Shown here: one piece after another, positions 25,376-36,813 of the stretch
How positions within the stretch are numbered: the first letter of the stretch is position 1
Layout: each line of letters begins with the position of its first letter
From: Cirrosporium novae-zelandiae
Lineage: Eukaryota
Direction of reading: 5' to 3'
DNA length: 64,000 nt
Assembly (NCBI GenBank): GCA_026023565.1
Contig: JAPETS010000051.1
Span: 62,001 to 126,000, forward strand
Program-made: the position numbers and the translations under genes
The notes under the pieces: model-generated
The model's input: only the letters and a program-made list of their open reading frames with translations
What the model was told of the DNA's origin: nothing
The model's database searches: none

Positions 25376-25911
25376 AAGTTTGGTGCTTACGTCACGGAGA
25401 TGACTACGCATAGCTCCTGGAGATCTAGCAAGTCGGGAGAAGCCGTGTCCTCTTTTTTTGTAATTTCCATTACAGTACGACGTAAGGTATCAGGAATTTA
25501 TAAGGGGTTGCGATAACCCTAAAGAAATTTCGATAATTGAATACATGTGAGTTTTATGAATTCCATCATCTATAATGCGACTTTTTTCAGAATACTTTAG
25601 CCTTCAAAAGACTTAAAGTCCGCTTGCTAGGGTCCCCTTCCAGCAAAAGCAACCGAGCAGCAACCGATAGGTTAGCTTTAGCAGGAGTAAGAGCCAAACG
25701 GTTCGTCCCCATCCGTCCACCCAGACGTCAGTCCTTGTCCAATGTTGTATATATTGAGCTCGTTTAGGATTATCCCTTAAGGTGCCTCCAAAGCCACAGC
25801 CACTTCGTAAGTCGGAATATCACAATCTTAAAACACCAATTTTCCCATAAGTATTACATTCTAATCCCCTTTCAAAACTCCAATATATGCAAATTCCGTA
25901 TCGAATCGTGC

Positions 25912-26378
25912 CTATCCTTGTAGCTGGGCTTTCGACTTCTCACGCTCTGCAGGATTGTAGCTGCATTCCATTATATTAGCCTGGATGATGCTCTTAAGAC
26001 CAGATTGGCAGGAGGTTATAGCTCACCGTAGAAGTTTCTCAATAAGATCGACATGCGTCATCAACATCCTTCTACAGCAATAGCGACGGCAGCCAAGTTG
26101 GTCCATTGCATCTCTATTCATGTTCAATATCATGTTAACTCTAATGTACTTTGCCAAAAGCCGTTCTAGAGATTCGAAGGAGGTAAAGTAGGATGAAAAG
26201 AGGTGTTGGAGGATAGACTAACCCATCGCTCATGGTTCCGTCCGCAATAAGTTTGAGGTAGCGTTCCCAAAGGTCGGCAACGACCTAGTTGAGGTTAGAT
26301 GTTATTCTTGAAGATCTTTGAGAGTTGGGTAATACTACTAACCTTGCCGCACGAGAAGCAACGGATGGGAATAATCAT
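25912..26378 (-). CDS. RPB10: RNA polymerases I/II/III shared subunit RPABC5
   Basis: Four exons give [12 protein letters not shown] / [21 protein letters not shown] / [29 protein letters not shown] / [15 protein letters not shown]. Not in the ORF track. Confidence 0.97.
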
Positions 26379-27140
26379 TTTGCTCGATTTTCCTTAGAGG
26401 TCCCGAAGATATTCAAGTGTGTCTATCTTCTCAAGGATGGTGATAGGGATATCGTGCGTCGAGGTATAAACTAGTGTGGTTGTTGGTCGCAAGTTTTCTG
26501 GTTACAAAGTTAAGTGAAGTTGGTGATGAAAGAAAATGGATAAGGCCTAGCTCGAGGGTCTGGGAAACTTTAACCGAGACTTACCACTCACGCTGGTTCC
26601 AAACTCAGATCTTCACTATTTGCGTTAGAAAAAGGATGTAAATTTATAGAGAAAGAGGTAGACTACTAGCTATATATTCCGCAAAAATGCTTTGTACTCA
26701 AAATTAATTATAATATGGTAACTGCAATTAACAGGAAAGGCAACAACACAGCAGTTCTATATAATTTTTCGAGGGCCGAAGGTGAGTCGTAATACATATT
26801 CAAACAGGCGACTCACCCTCAGGTTTTCAAATAAAATCAGTTTTCAATAATAATTTAATTTGAAAGCCTTTTTAAAGCCTGAAAGATAAAAGTTAATTTT
26901 GTTTGAAAACCTCCCCAGGAAAAAGAATACAAAAAAAAGAATTTGTGAGTCCGGCTTATTTTGGGACCCGCGTGCCACTCCGGGTAAAACTGCCTTCTCA
27001 TCACCTGGAAATAAATTTCGTTCGCGAAATGAAAGTTACAATCTCTAGGATTAACTACCATCCTTCTTCCATCACTGTTCCCAATTAGAGCTTTCTTTCA
27101 ACTACTCCATTGGAGGAATTTTGTCCTTATTTCATTTACT

Positions 27141-30100
27141 ATGCCTCCTCCTCAGACGCAACATGTGTCTCCCTCTCATGATGCTGCAAAGTCGAAAAGT
27201 AAGAAGAGAAAGAGAGCAAATTTAGCTAAAGATATTGAGGGTACGGAAAGGGAAGTGGAGAAGAGAGCAAAGGTTGACGCCTCAGCTGTGAGAGACGTAA
27301 ACATTTCTACGAAGGACGAGACATCAGAGAAGAGAGAGATTTCGGGGGTTAAGAACGGGGGACGAACGCTTGCTAAAAATTCGCAAAATGAAAAGTTGAA
27401 GAGGAATAAAAAGAACAAAGGAAAAAGGAAGAGCCTAGGAAGTAATGAATCTGCTATTACAAACAAAAATTCTGAAGAGGGGCCAAAAGATACCGTCGCC
27501 AGCCAAAACGCAGACTCTGAGAATGCAGTGGACGACATCATAATACCAGATTCCCAGCCATCTCCTACAAAAGACGATGTGAAAGCTATACAAAGCGAAA
27601 AGAAATCGAAAACGTCGAAAAATCGTAAAGGTCTAGTGGCCACTAGCCCTCAGGATGAGAATACATTCATCGCAGAAAATTCTACTACAAAACAACAGGA
27701 TGGCAAAGTGAGCCAGGCCATTGGTTTTACTAAAGTTAGGAAACATAAAACGAAGGATAGAAAGAAGGAAAAGAAATCAAATATTCAGGAAGCAGATAAT
27801 GCTAAAGTTTTGGGGGCCAAGGATGGTTGGGATTTATCACTTCCCCTAGGCGGGCAGCTTGCCAGCATAGAGCCTCTTCTATCCAAGGATGAAAAGTAAG
27901 ATCTAGTGGAGCAAAATTAGGTGTTTGAAGACTGCTTACTTGCGAATCTAGATATCTCTTCCTAGCATACGAAACGACTATAAGGGTTTACTCGACGTCG
28001 ACTTCTTTGCAGGTTCATTCGTTACTTGTAGCTCCGGACAGTCTCATCACAGGAATGGCAATTTCTCCAAAGAACCCAGAGGAGCTGTATGTTACAATTC
28101 TGGCTGGTGCCATCGAGCTGTGGAACTGGAAGAAGAAGGAGAGGGTTGCAGATTGGCACACTAAGCATTTAATTTCCAGTCTTGCTCTGTTACATTCGGA
28201 TTCTAGAGAAGGAGATGAAGGGCTTTTGTACACCCTTGATCAAACATCAGCTGGCCCTTCTAGCATCACCGCTCGAAGATTCACCTGCGCTAAACATGAG
28301 CAAACCCAAATTACGAAGTGGGAGTCCCCGAAATCCCCAATAGCCAACATCAAAGTCATTCAAGGAGGTAGGATTATTATCTACACCACAGACAACAAGA
28401 TTGCAATTGGGAGACGAACAGATCAGGTTACATCAATTAGTGACCTCGAATACACTTGGCTCGAGTTCTCCGTCAGTGAGCCGATCGTCTGCCTCGATGT
28501 TCGACAACCAGAATCAAAGACAGGAGCAACTCCTAAGAAATCCAAACAGAGATTCCAGCCTATTGATATTGCCATTGGTGGAGCAAAAGGTGCTATTTTC
28601 GTGATTGAAGATATTCTAAACAGACTCATAGCATTCGAAACACAGAAAAATCAAAGTGCAATTGAACCAAGACGAATGCACTGGCACAGAGAAGCTGTAC
28701 TCACCGTCCAATGGTCTAATGATGGTAATTCCTCGATCCTTACATATACTTGACAAGTTATTGATTACAAAAACAGGCAGCTACATTATATCTGGAGGAT
28801 TCGAGTCAGTTATTGTGCTTTGGCAGTTGGCTACTGGACATAAGCAATTCTTACCTCATCTGCTTGCCCCCATCGAAAATCTGAAAGTTTCCCCATCTGG
28901 TTCTTCCTATATACTCCGCCTTGGCGACAATTCCGCCATGATCCTCTCAACATCCGAACTCAAGCCAACTGCCCATGTTCCTGGAATCTGTCCACGAGTT
29001 CCTTCAACCCGTTCCAAGACCATTGACCAAATCAAGCGTGTCATAAATGCCCCCACTTCCGCCGTTGACTCCAAAACCCCCTGCGCCATCAACCCCTCGT
29101 CTCCTACGCAAATTCTCCTGGCTACCCCAGACCCAACCGACATCTCAATGTCCAGTTTAACATCACTCCAAACAGTTGATCTAACAACATGTTCCCACCT
29201 GTCCCGTCAAGCTCTTACCCGCACCAATGTCACAAACTTCAATATTGGACCCTCCCAGATCCGACTCTCGGAGCCTTCTGTTCAGCATATGCAACTCACT
29301 TCCGACGGGAAATGGCTCGCTACAACCGAGGAATGGATGCCCTCTCTTCATGATATCGAACCTCTGGGATTCAATCCCGCTGATGTTTTAATCAATCAGA
29401 GACGTCGAAAGGAAGTCATCCTCCGCTTTTGGACCGCTGATACTGCCTCCGCAAATGCTACATGGGCTCTAACGAACCGCGTTGATTCACCTCACCCCAC
29501 GTCGAGATCCGATACCACAATCCCCGCATCTATTATCACTCTCGCGAGCAATCCCTCGTATCCCGAGTTTGCAACTTTAGGTGAAGACTTGATACTGCGG
29601 CTCTGGACGCCAAAGCAACGCATTCGTTCCGGTCTTCCTGTACGTGGTCCGCAGGGACAAGTGCTTATGAATTGGCAATGTCGATCCAGTATCCCCTTCG
29701 ATATGGCAGCCCTAGCGAGAGATATTGTATCGCCTTTCCCCAAAGCATGTGTTGCATACTCGGCTGATGGGTCTACCATTGCTGTTGCATTAGCATGTCC
29801 CGAGAGCAATGCAAATGGAACTGTGCATTTTATCGACACGCGCATCGGCAATATTCGGTTCAGTCGCACGGGTCTCTATCAAGGGATAGCATTACACCTT
29901 GGATTATTGAACCGCTATCTCATTGTTCTTTCGGATAGTAATCTCTCAGTCTGGGATATCGTATCCGAGGAGCTGTCATGGGGTTTGAATATCAACTCTG
30001 TATATTCTGTAGTTCAGCAAATCAAGGAGAAGAATGGGGGCGATAACGAGAGCATCACAGCAGAAACAATAATCCTAACAACTAATTTCCACGGTAATAC

Positions 30101-30641
30101 TTTCGCGGTGGCCCTTCCTTACACCCACGCCTCATTGACCACATTTAAATCCGGTACAAGCCAAGCCGTCGCGATTTTTAGCCCCACTAGTTCCACCCCA
30201 CAGACGATCAAGACCTTCCATCGTCCAATTTCAGCGCTGCTTGCATCCCCGAATGAAGATTCATATGTGATTGTCTCCAACTCCGCCGAGATATACACCC
30301 TAGCGCCTAACGCCGTAGCTAGGAAGAAAACAATTCGGCAACTTCCCTCACCGCCTGCATCGGAAGCCGAGGCCGAAGAAACCAATATCTTTCTCCAAAA
30401 CGTCTATGGCAGCAAAATGTTTCCTTCCACATCATTACCCATCGCTACTGCTCACCAAGGAGATGCAATGGTTGTTGCTAATGATGACGATGAAGACGAC
30501 GGAGCAAGAGTCGTGCGTCCAGAACAGCTCTCTCGAGCTTTCGAGACCGGCTTTTCTAGATCCCAGTTACCCAGTGTTCGAGATATGTTTGAGCGTGTTG
30601 TTGGATTGTTCGCTGCGAAAAATCCCGTCAATCCAGTATAG
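27141..30641 (+). CDS. UTP17: U3 snoRNP t-UTP WD40 subunit (NAN1/UTP17/WDR75-like)
   Basis: Basic low-complexity N-terminus, then MHWHREAVLTVQWSNDG.YIISGGFESVIVLWQLATGHKQFLPHL, WLATTEEW and a C-terminal LPSVRDMFERV. Introns at ~27896-27951 and ~28725-28777. Confidence 0.85.
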
Positions 30642-30949
30642 TATATATAAATATTAGAATTTTCGACCTTACTTTTTTTTCACAAGCGAGTGGAGAGATT
30701 TATCACAAAAGTTTTGTATATTCATCTCCCCTGCAGGGATAAATGCGGCGGGCTTATTCAGAAACGAAACGCTTATTTAAATGATTGTATTCTCGGTATT
30801 CCTCCCTACTGCTAACAGCGTTTCCAAAGCGAAACGAAAAGCTTTCTAAAGAGCCAAAACAAATAAATTCCTTGCTACCATATCCTCATATCTCTCACCC
30901 CTCCTTCTAGATCCACCCACCCACATCAACTCTCTCCTCCTCCTCTCCT

Positions 30950-33400
30950 CTACCCCCCCCCCCTCCTCCTAACCTCAACTTCCCCCCCAAAATTACACAA
31001 AATAGACATCCCATCCACAATATTCTCCCACCTCCCATCCTCATCTCTCGTCGGCCCTCCATCATCGTCATCATCACCACCACCTCCATCACCTCCACCA
31101 CCTCCGCTACCTCCACTACCATCCTTGCCATCCTGCAGTGGCATCCTAACCTCATAATCTCTCAAAAACACAACCAACAGGATTTTGATCTCGTTTGCGG
31201 CGAAGAAACGGCCGGGGCAGGCATGCTTGCCGTAGCCGAATGTTAGGGAGGTGGTTGGGGAGGTGGAGGTGAAGAGGCTTTTACTATAGTAAGAAAGGTA
31301 GGTTAGGTGAGTGTTAGTGGTAGTGGTTCATGAAAATTTACGTATCCCCCCCTTCTTCATTCTCTTCCTTCTTGCGCATATCATAAAACCTGAAACCATC
31401 GAATTTATCTGCATTCGGACCGTACACTGAAGGGTCTTTATTGATGGTGTTGGCTGCGACTCCGAGTCTAGTTCCTGCGGATATGAATGTCCCGTCTGAG
31501 AGGGTGAAGGGTTTGTAGATTTTGCGGGCGAATTGGACTATGTTTTTATCCGCGGGGGGGAGAGGTGGGGTGTTAGTTAGTGTGTACGTGTGATATGTAT
31601 TGATGGGTAAGGTATTCAATCAATACTTCCCGGAAAGGAAACTTGGGTGTTTTGGGTATGGGTATAGTTATGGATATGGAGAGGAACTATGAATGGACAT
31701 GCTCACCCATTCCCGGTGGATTACACCTCAAACTTTCCTTCATGAAACTATCCAACCTCGGCATCATCCCAGACAGATGCAGCGGTCCTGAATTTCTCGG
31801 CATCCGTAGCCTTCGACGGTCCATTCCCTCTCTAGCTGCCCCTCCTCCCCCTCCTCCTTTATCCTTTATAAACCCCAACACTTCTTTCCGCAGCGGATCC
31901 AGATACTCTGGCCTCGCAGCGAGATCGAATATTGCATGCGTGGCGGACATGGACGTCGTGTGGATCGATACCATCGACAACGCCAGCTGGAACTTCACCT
32001 GTCTTTCCCGGTTCTCAAGATCCGACGCTAGGATGTTGTGTCTGAACCAATCAAGCATGTCGCCTACTTTTCCTCTGTTCCTTCCTTCTTTTTCTCGTCC
32101 TACTTCTTTCTCCCAGCCATGCAATGATAAGCCATCGTTCCTCGCCGCAGCAATGGATGCCACCAATTCGTACGCTTTGGCCTCACGATACTTTAGGGTG
32201 CGGAGAGCGGGGACGAAATATTGTATCACAGGACGTAGCAAGGGATGGTATTTCCTCAGCTCTCGGGCACCTCCAAAGACTTCAGCCGTGTACATGAGGC
32301 TAGTGGTGATCCATTCAGAGTTTTCTTTCTAAGGGTCGATGAATATGTGGGCGGATGCTTGGGCTATTATTTTAGCTACTGTGCTGAAGACGTTTATCCG
32401 CGTCCATTCTAGGTGATTACGAATGGATTAGCCCCGAAATCTTTAAGATGGTGGTTGGATTAGTGCTGACCTGTACTGGAAGGGAATTCTTTCAAAGAAC
32501 CATGTTCGATTTGGTCAATGATTTTTGCTATCTCTTGGTTAGTTCCTTGGGTTCTAAGTGAGCGGGCGGATATATACCGAGGTTTGCATTCAGGTCCTTC
32601 CTAACAGTGCGTATGAATTCCATATCAGTCTTATTATCTGGAGCTATGCCTGTTTTCGTATAATCTGACAGAATTACCTTCGATTTGAAAAAAAGAAAGA
32701 AAAAAGAGTCAATATCTTCATAAGATGAATGAAACAAGATGCAAAGAAAGGACTTTTCGAACCTCCCGGCCCATTCCATCGAAGTCCATCTGGTCATCTG
32801 GACGGTTTCTGAGCTCGTAGACAAATTCCCTCGGAATGATGATCCAGAGTCCATCTCTGGTTTTCATTTGAAAGGGTTCATTCGGATACTGGTTTGAAAC
32901 CCCATTTAGAATTAATAACTAATGTTTTTCTCGGAAGGAGGTTTTATAATCCCATAAGCTGTGTCAAACATACTTCGGTACGTCCCTGTTCAAGAAGATC
33001 TATGTCCGTATACTTAAAGCTTGAGATGTTCCTGCCATTACGGCGGACGAAAGGTACTTTGGTCACCTTGTTCCATCTGGAGAAAAGATAAATCAATCGC
33101 GATAGTAGAATGATCACAATCAATGTGATAAAAAATCCAGAGCAGGGTCCTGCAAAAGGTAAGAGAAATTCAAACAGTATTTTTTGGACAACTCTGTGGT
33201 TAGCGAAAATGTCTACGACATGATAGTATATATTTATTTTTTCTTCTCCGAACTAGGCATCAATACTGGTGAAACAGCACTCTGACAGCTCCCCACCCTC
33301 GGTCGGCTTGCTGCATAGGTCGGTTCCATGCAGGACATACGGCTGTTAACTGCCCGGATTGCAGTGAAAATATGCGCTGCAATAAGAAATATGGCGTCAT
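30950..33400 (-). pseudogene. Cytochrome P450 (ent-kaurene-oxidase-like clan) with a premature stop
   Basis: I-helix SMVSIHTT, LDSFMKESLR (ExxR), FDGFRF and heme motif [19 protein letters not shown]. In-frame TAG at 32329-32331 (IFIDP*KENSEW). Poly-Gly insertions. Start at 33400 is inferred. Confidence 0.8.
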
Positions 33401-34260
33401 CAGGAGTTGTGAGAGGGGGCCTTAACTATCATAGAGTGGGAAGATCTCTGAAGAATATGACTTCAGCAACAATGACACAGATTTTTATGTAATGGAACCT
33501 GGATGAGAAAAGGAGCGAGAAGGTACCTTCAGCTTCAATCCTTGTGCAACTAAGGCTTTCACTAGTTGTTGCTTCCAACGCACAGGATGCACTTTGTTAC
33601 TCGATGGGCCCTAACGTTACGTATTTGTATCAAACCGATCATTGCCCAGCTAAATCCTCTGAAGATCTTGCCATGGAAACAAGTTTAGCGAATTATTGTC
33701 GAATCTCGGCCTAATTAAAGAAAGAGTAGTAACAACGGTTATTGATAAGTAGTACGAAAAAAGCAAATATCGAAGCGAACATAAAAGCAAGATCTGGTTC
33801 TCAAATGCTAGCCTATTGCATAGTCAGTTGTAAATCTCTTGAGCTACCAGAGTACGAAGTTGGGTCCGTGTACACACACGATACTAGGACCTTCTTCAAG
33901 AAAAGTAAATATTTGAATGCAATACCTGGTTAAACTAATCGTATCAGCTCGGTCATGCTGTTTAATAGTGTAAGAAGAAATAAACTGCTTGATTCATAGT
34001 TTTGCCTGTTATTGGAAACAAAGCTTGCCTTACATAACATTCCATAATGCTGGAAGTTGAATGTGGGCTACATCGCGGATCAGGAAAGGAAATGTGTCCT
34101 TTCCTCCTATTCATCAGAGTTGAGCTGTTGCTAATAGTCCATACTTAGGACTGCAAATTTATGGCTGCTTCATAGCTTGGCACCCCCGTGCTTCCTGTGG
34201 CCAGAAATATTAATTAACTAGCTTCTGAATTTCCTATCAGTTATAAGAGTTTGGTCTAAC

Positions 34261-36281
34261 TCACTTGAACCAGTCAACAAATTGAAACATGCTAGCCTTT
34301 GGGGTGCGTTCAAGTGACGTGTAATTGACATATTGTAGTCCAAACTTAGTGCTACTCCCAGAGAACCATTCAAAGTTATCAACTGTAAGGAGTAAAATGA
34401 TATTAGCAATTCAGGAATCTTAAGTAAAACAAGCGAGTACAGAAAACAAGCGGTAGATAGAAATGCAATGGTCTAACTTACAAATCGCCCAGCCAAAAAC
34501 GCCTGTAACATTCACGCCATCCTGGAGTTTGCTAGCTAAAATATTATCAAGGAAGGATTGAATATAGTCAGAGCGTCTAAGATCCCAAAGAATTGTGCTC
34601 AATGTATCAAGTTGCCCTTCAAAGGGTTCTGCAAACCCAAATTCAGATACCACGACGTCAGGTACATGAGGGAAGAGGTCCGAGGTAATAGTCTTGAGAA
34701 ATTTTCTTATTCCGGCGGGAGTATCGTATAACCAGCTTGCTCCAGAATCAGCTGCCGGCCCGATAGGAAATCCAGACGGGTCAACGGATGAAGTAGAGGC
34801 ACATTCAGGAAAATTAGGGTCCGAGGAATTAGCTACACAAGCTTCGACACCGCCAGTAATCCCACCCGCATAGTAAGATGTATATCCGTCAATAGCGAAG
34901 AAATCGCAGCTATCCTTGATCATATCTTTCTGGGCTTGGGTAAAGCTAGGTAGTACGTCACCAAGTGTATCTTTCACGATACTTGGGTAATCGCCATCTG
35001 TCCATGGTCCATTATTAAACCAGCCAAGCGCAAACGCGTAAGACCGGTCCACAGCTATCTGGTCAGCCTTAGATGAAGAGTTTGGTTCAAAGTAATTTCC
35101 TGAATTCTTGAACGTGATCCTACCGCGGCCCTTGAATACTTTGTGGTACCATTTGGCAACTTTAGCGTGTGCAAGAAGGGTGTAATGACTACATATGATG
35201 CGAGCAGGTAGGCCACCAGTAATGTTATTGTAAGCTGGATAATACTGGCCAGCCGGGTAGTCAGAGTATTGCCAGTCACCTGCGTTGAGTATTAGCACTT
35301 TGAATGATTAAATCGAAAAATTTTACAGTATAGATAGGTAACTTGATGGGAGACTTAAAGTACCTGTTGTCTTTTGTGAGCTTCGGGTATATAAAATTAA
35401 GTATATCAATCTTACTGGGGTTCATTGAAGGTATACCAAATTGGCACATATTTATCGTAACGCGAGATGATGAATGTCGCATAATTAAAGAAGTCATCAA
35501 CGATCTGCTCGTCAGTCCAGGCGCCGTACTCATTAAAAAGTGCGAGGGGAGTATCCCAATGGAACAAAGTAATAGCAGGCGTAATGCCATTTTTTATCAT
35601 CTCGGCAACGACGTCATCATAATGGCTCAAGGCTGCGGCGTTAACCGGCCCTTTTCCGAATGGAAATATGCGGGGCCAACTGATGCTGGGACTAAAGTAG
35701 GGAACCCCCAGCGAATTTAGTCTAGCAAAGTCCTGCTTGTAAAGATAATAGTGCTGAGCGGCAACGTCACCGGTAGAGTTGTCTGTAACAATATTCGGTA
35801 CCCGATGAGCAAGGAGATCCCATATTGAGGGACCTTTCCCTTCATCCTTGGCGGCTCCTTCTATCTGGTACGATGAAGAAGCTAAACCCCATATAAAGTT
35901 ATCGGGGAGGGTTGAACCGGAAAGATTTGTATTGTAAGATGGTACCAGAGGATGGAAAACACCGGGACTTGGATAGGCAGTCGGTTCTGCGGTTGGACTA
36001 ACAGTCGTGGTGATAGGGCCAGTGGAAATTGGACCGACTTGGTCCCAAAGTAGATTTAGCATCTCATTAGAAAAGTCGGTATTTGGGAGATATGTAGTAG
36101 CTGCTGAGACATCGAAGCTCGTGGTAGAATAACCGGTCGGAGTTGCATAGCTCAAGCTTGTAACTATTGTGGTCGATTGTGCGTGAATAGAACGAACAAT
36201 GAACAGCAACCAGGTCAGAATTTGAAACAAATCAGCATGCATAGATGTAGGAGCCATTGGCATAATTTTCAATGTCACCAT
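34261..36281 (-). CDS. Secreted glycoside hydrolase family 1 beta-glucosidase (one defective splice donor)
   Basis: Motifs WGLASSSYQIEGA, SISWPRIFP, TLFHWD, TFNEP (acid/base), VSEFG (nucleophile) and DNFEW. Last exon ends ..QFVDWFK* at 34261. Frame continuity needs a 5-nt micro-exon at 35363-35359. Confidence 0.88.
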
Positions 36282-36793
36282 GTTAGATTGAGTTGATCAA
36301 ATATCAGAAGGCGAAATGGCATCAACTTATACCAAGCTATATATAAGTAGAAACATAACTTTTGTAAGAAACTTGAATCATTAGACAATAGGCATTTAAT
36401 ATAATCAGCTCATTCTCATTCCATAAATGAAGATGCAGTGATGCGGGGGCGGAGTTTAGAAAATGGATATGCGGAGTATTTCCTATCAAAAACAATCAAT
36501 TTCGTCATATCTCCAGATTTAAATAATCCAGGAATAGCAACTAGAACGAATGAAAGTAGATTTCAGGATTTATGAATTTAGCATGACCATGCAATGTCAC
36601 CATGGGAGAAAATAATAAGTTGGGGATTTCCTAATACGTAATGGAACGGAGGGTAGGACTCCGTGAACAAGATTGGAAATATCGCAAATTTCCAAATTGA
36701 TTGAGAGTCTGTCAGGGAGCCTCAGGTCATGGAAATGCCTAAGGTTCTGACTGGTGATATGTAGATTGGATGATGATCTAGACTAGGGTGGAG

Positions 36794-36813
36794 GCTCACC
36801 TTATAAGGTGAGC
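36794..36813. repeat. Perfect 20-bp palindrome GCTCACCTTATAAGGTGAGC
   Basis: The sequence is its own reverse complement and lies ~510 bp upstream of the GH1 start. Confidence 0.9.

Noticed and set aside
25514..25522. TAACCCTAA, resembling a telomerase RNA template or telomeric seed
   Set aside because: A single 9-mer in a short gap between convergent genes, with no room or other elements for a telomerase RNA.
31643..32332. 229-aa plus-strand ORF and similar antisense ORFs (41011-41526, 50812-51354, 58905-59582)
   Set aside because: These are antisense shadows of real genes with no independent coding signal.
18316..36281. Glucosyltransferase, esterase, P450 and GH1 as a biosynthetic gene cluster
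   Set aside because: There is no backbone enzyme, transporter or regulator, and the genes are interrupted by RPB10 and UTP17.
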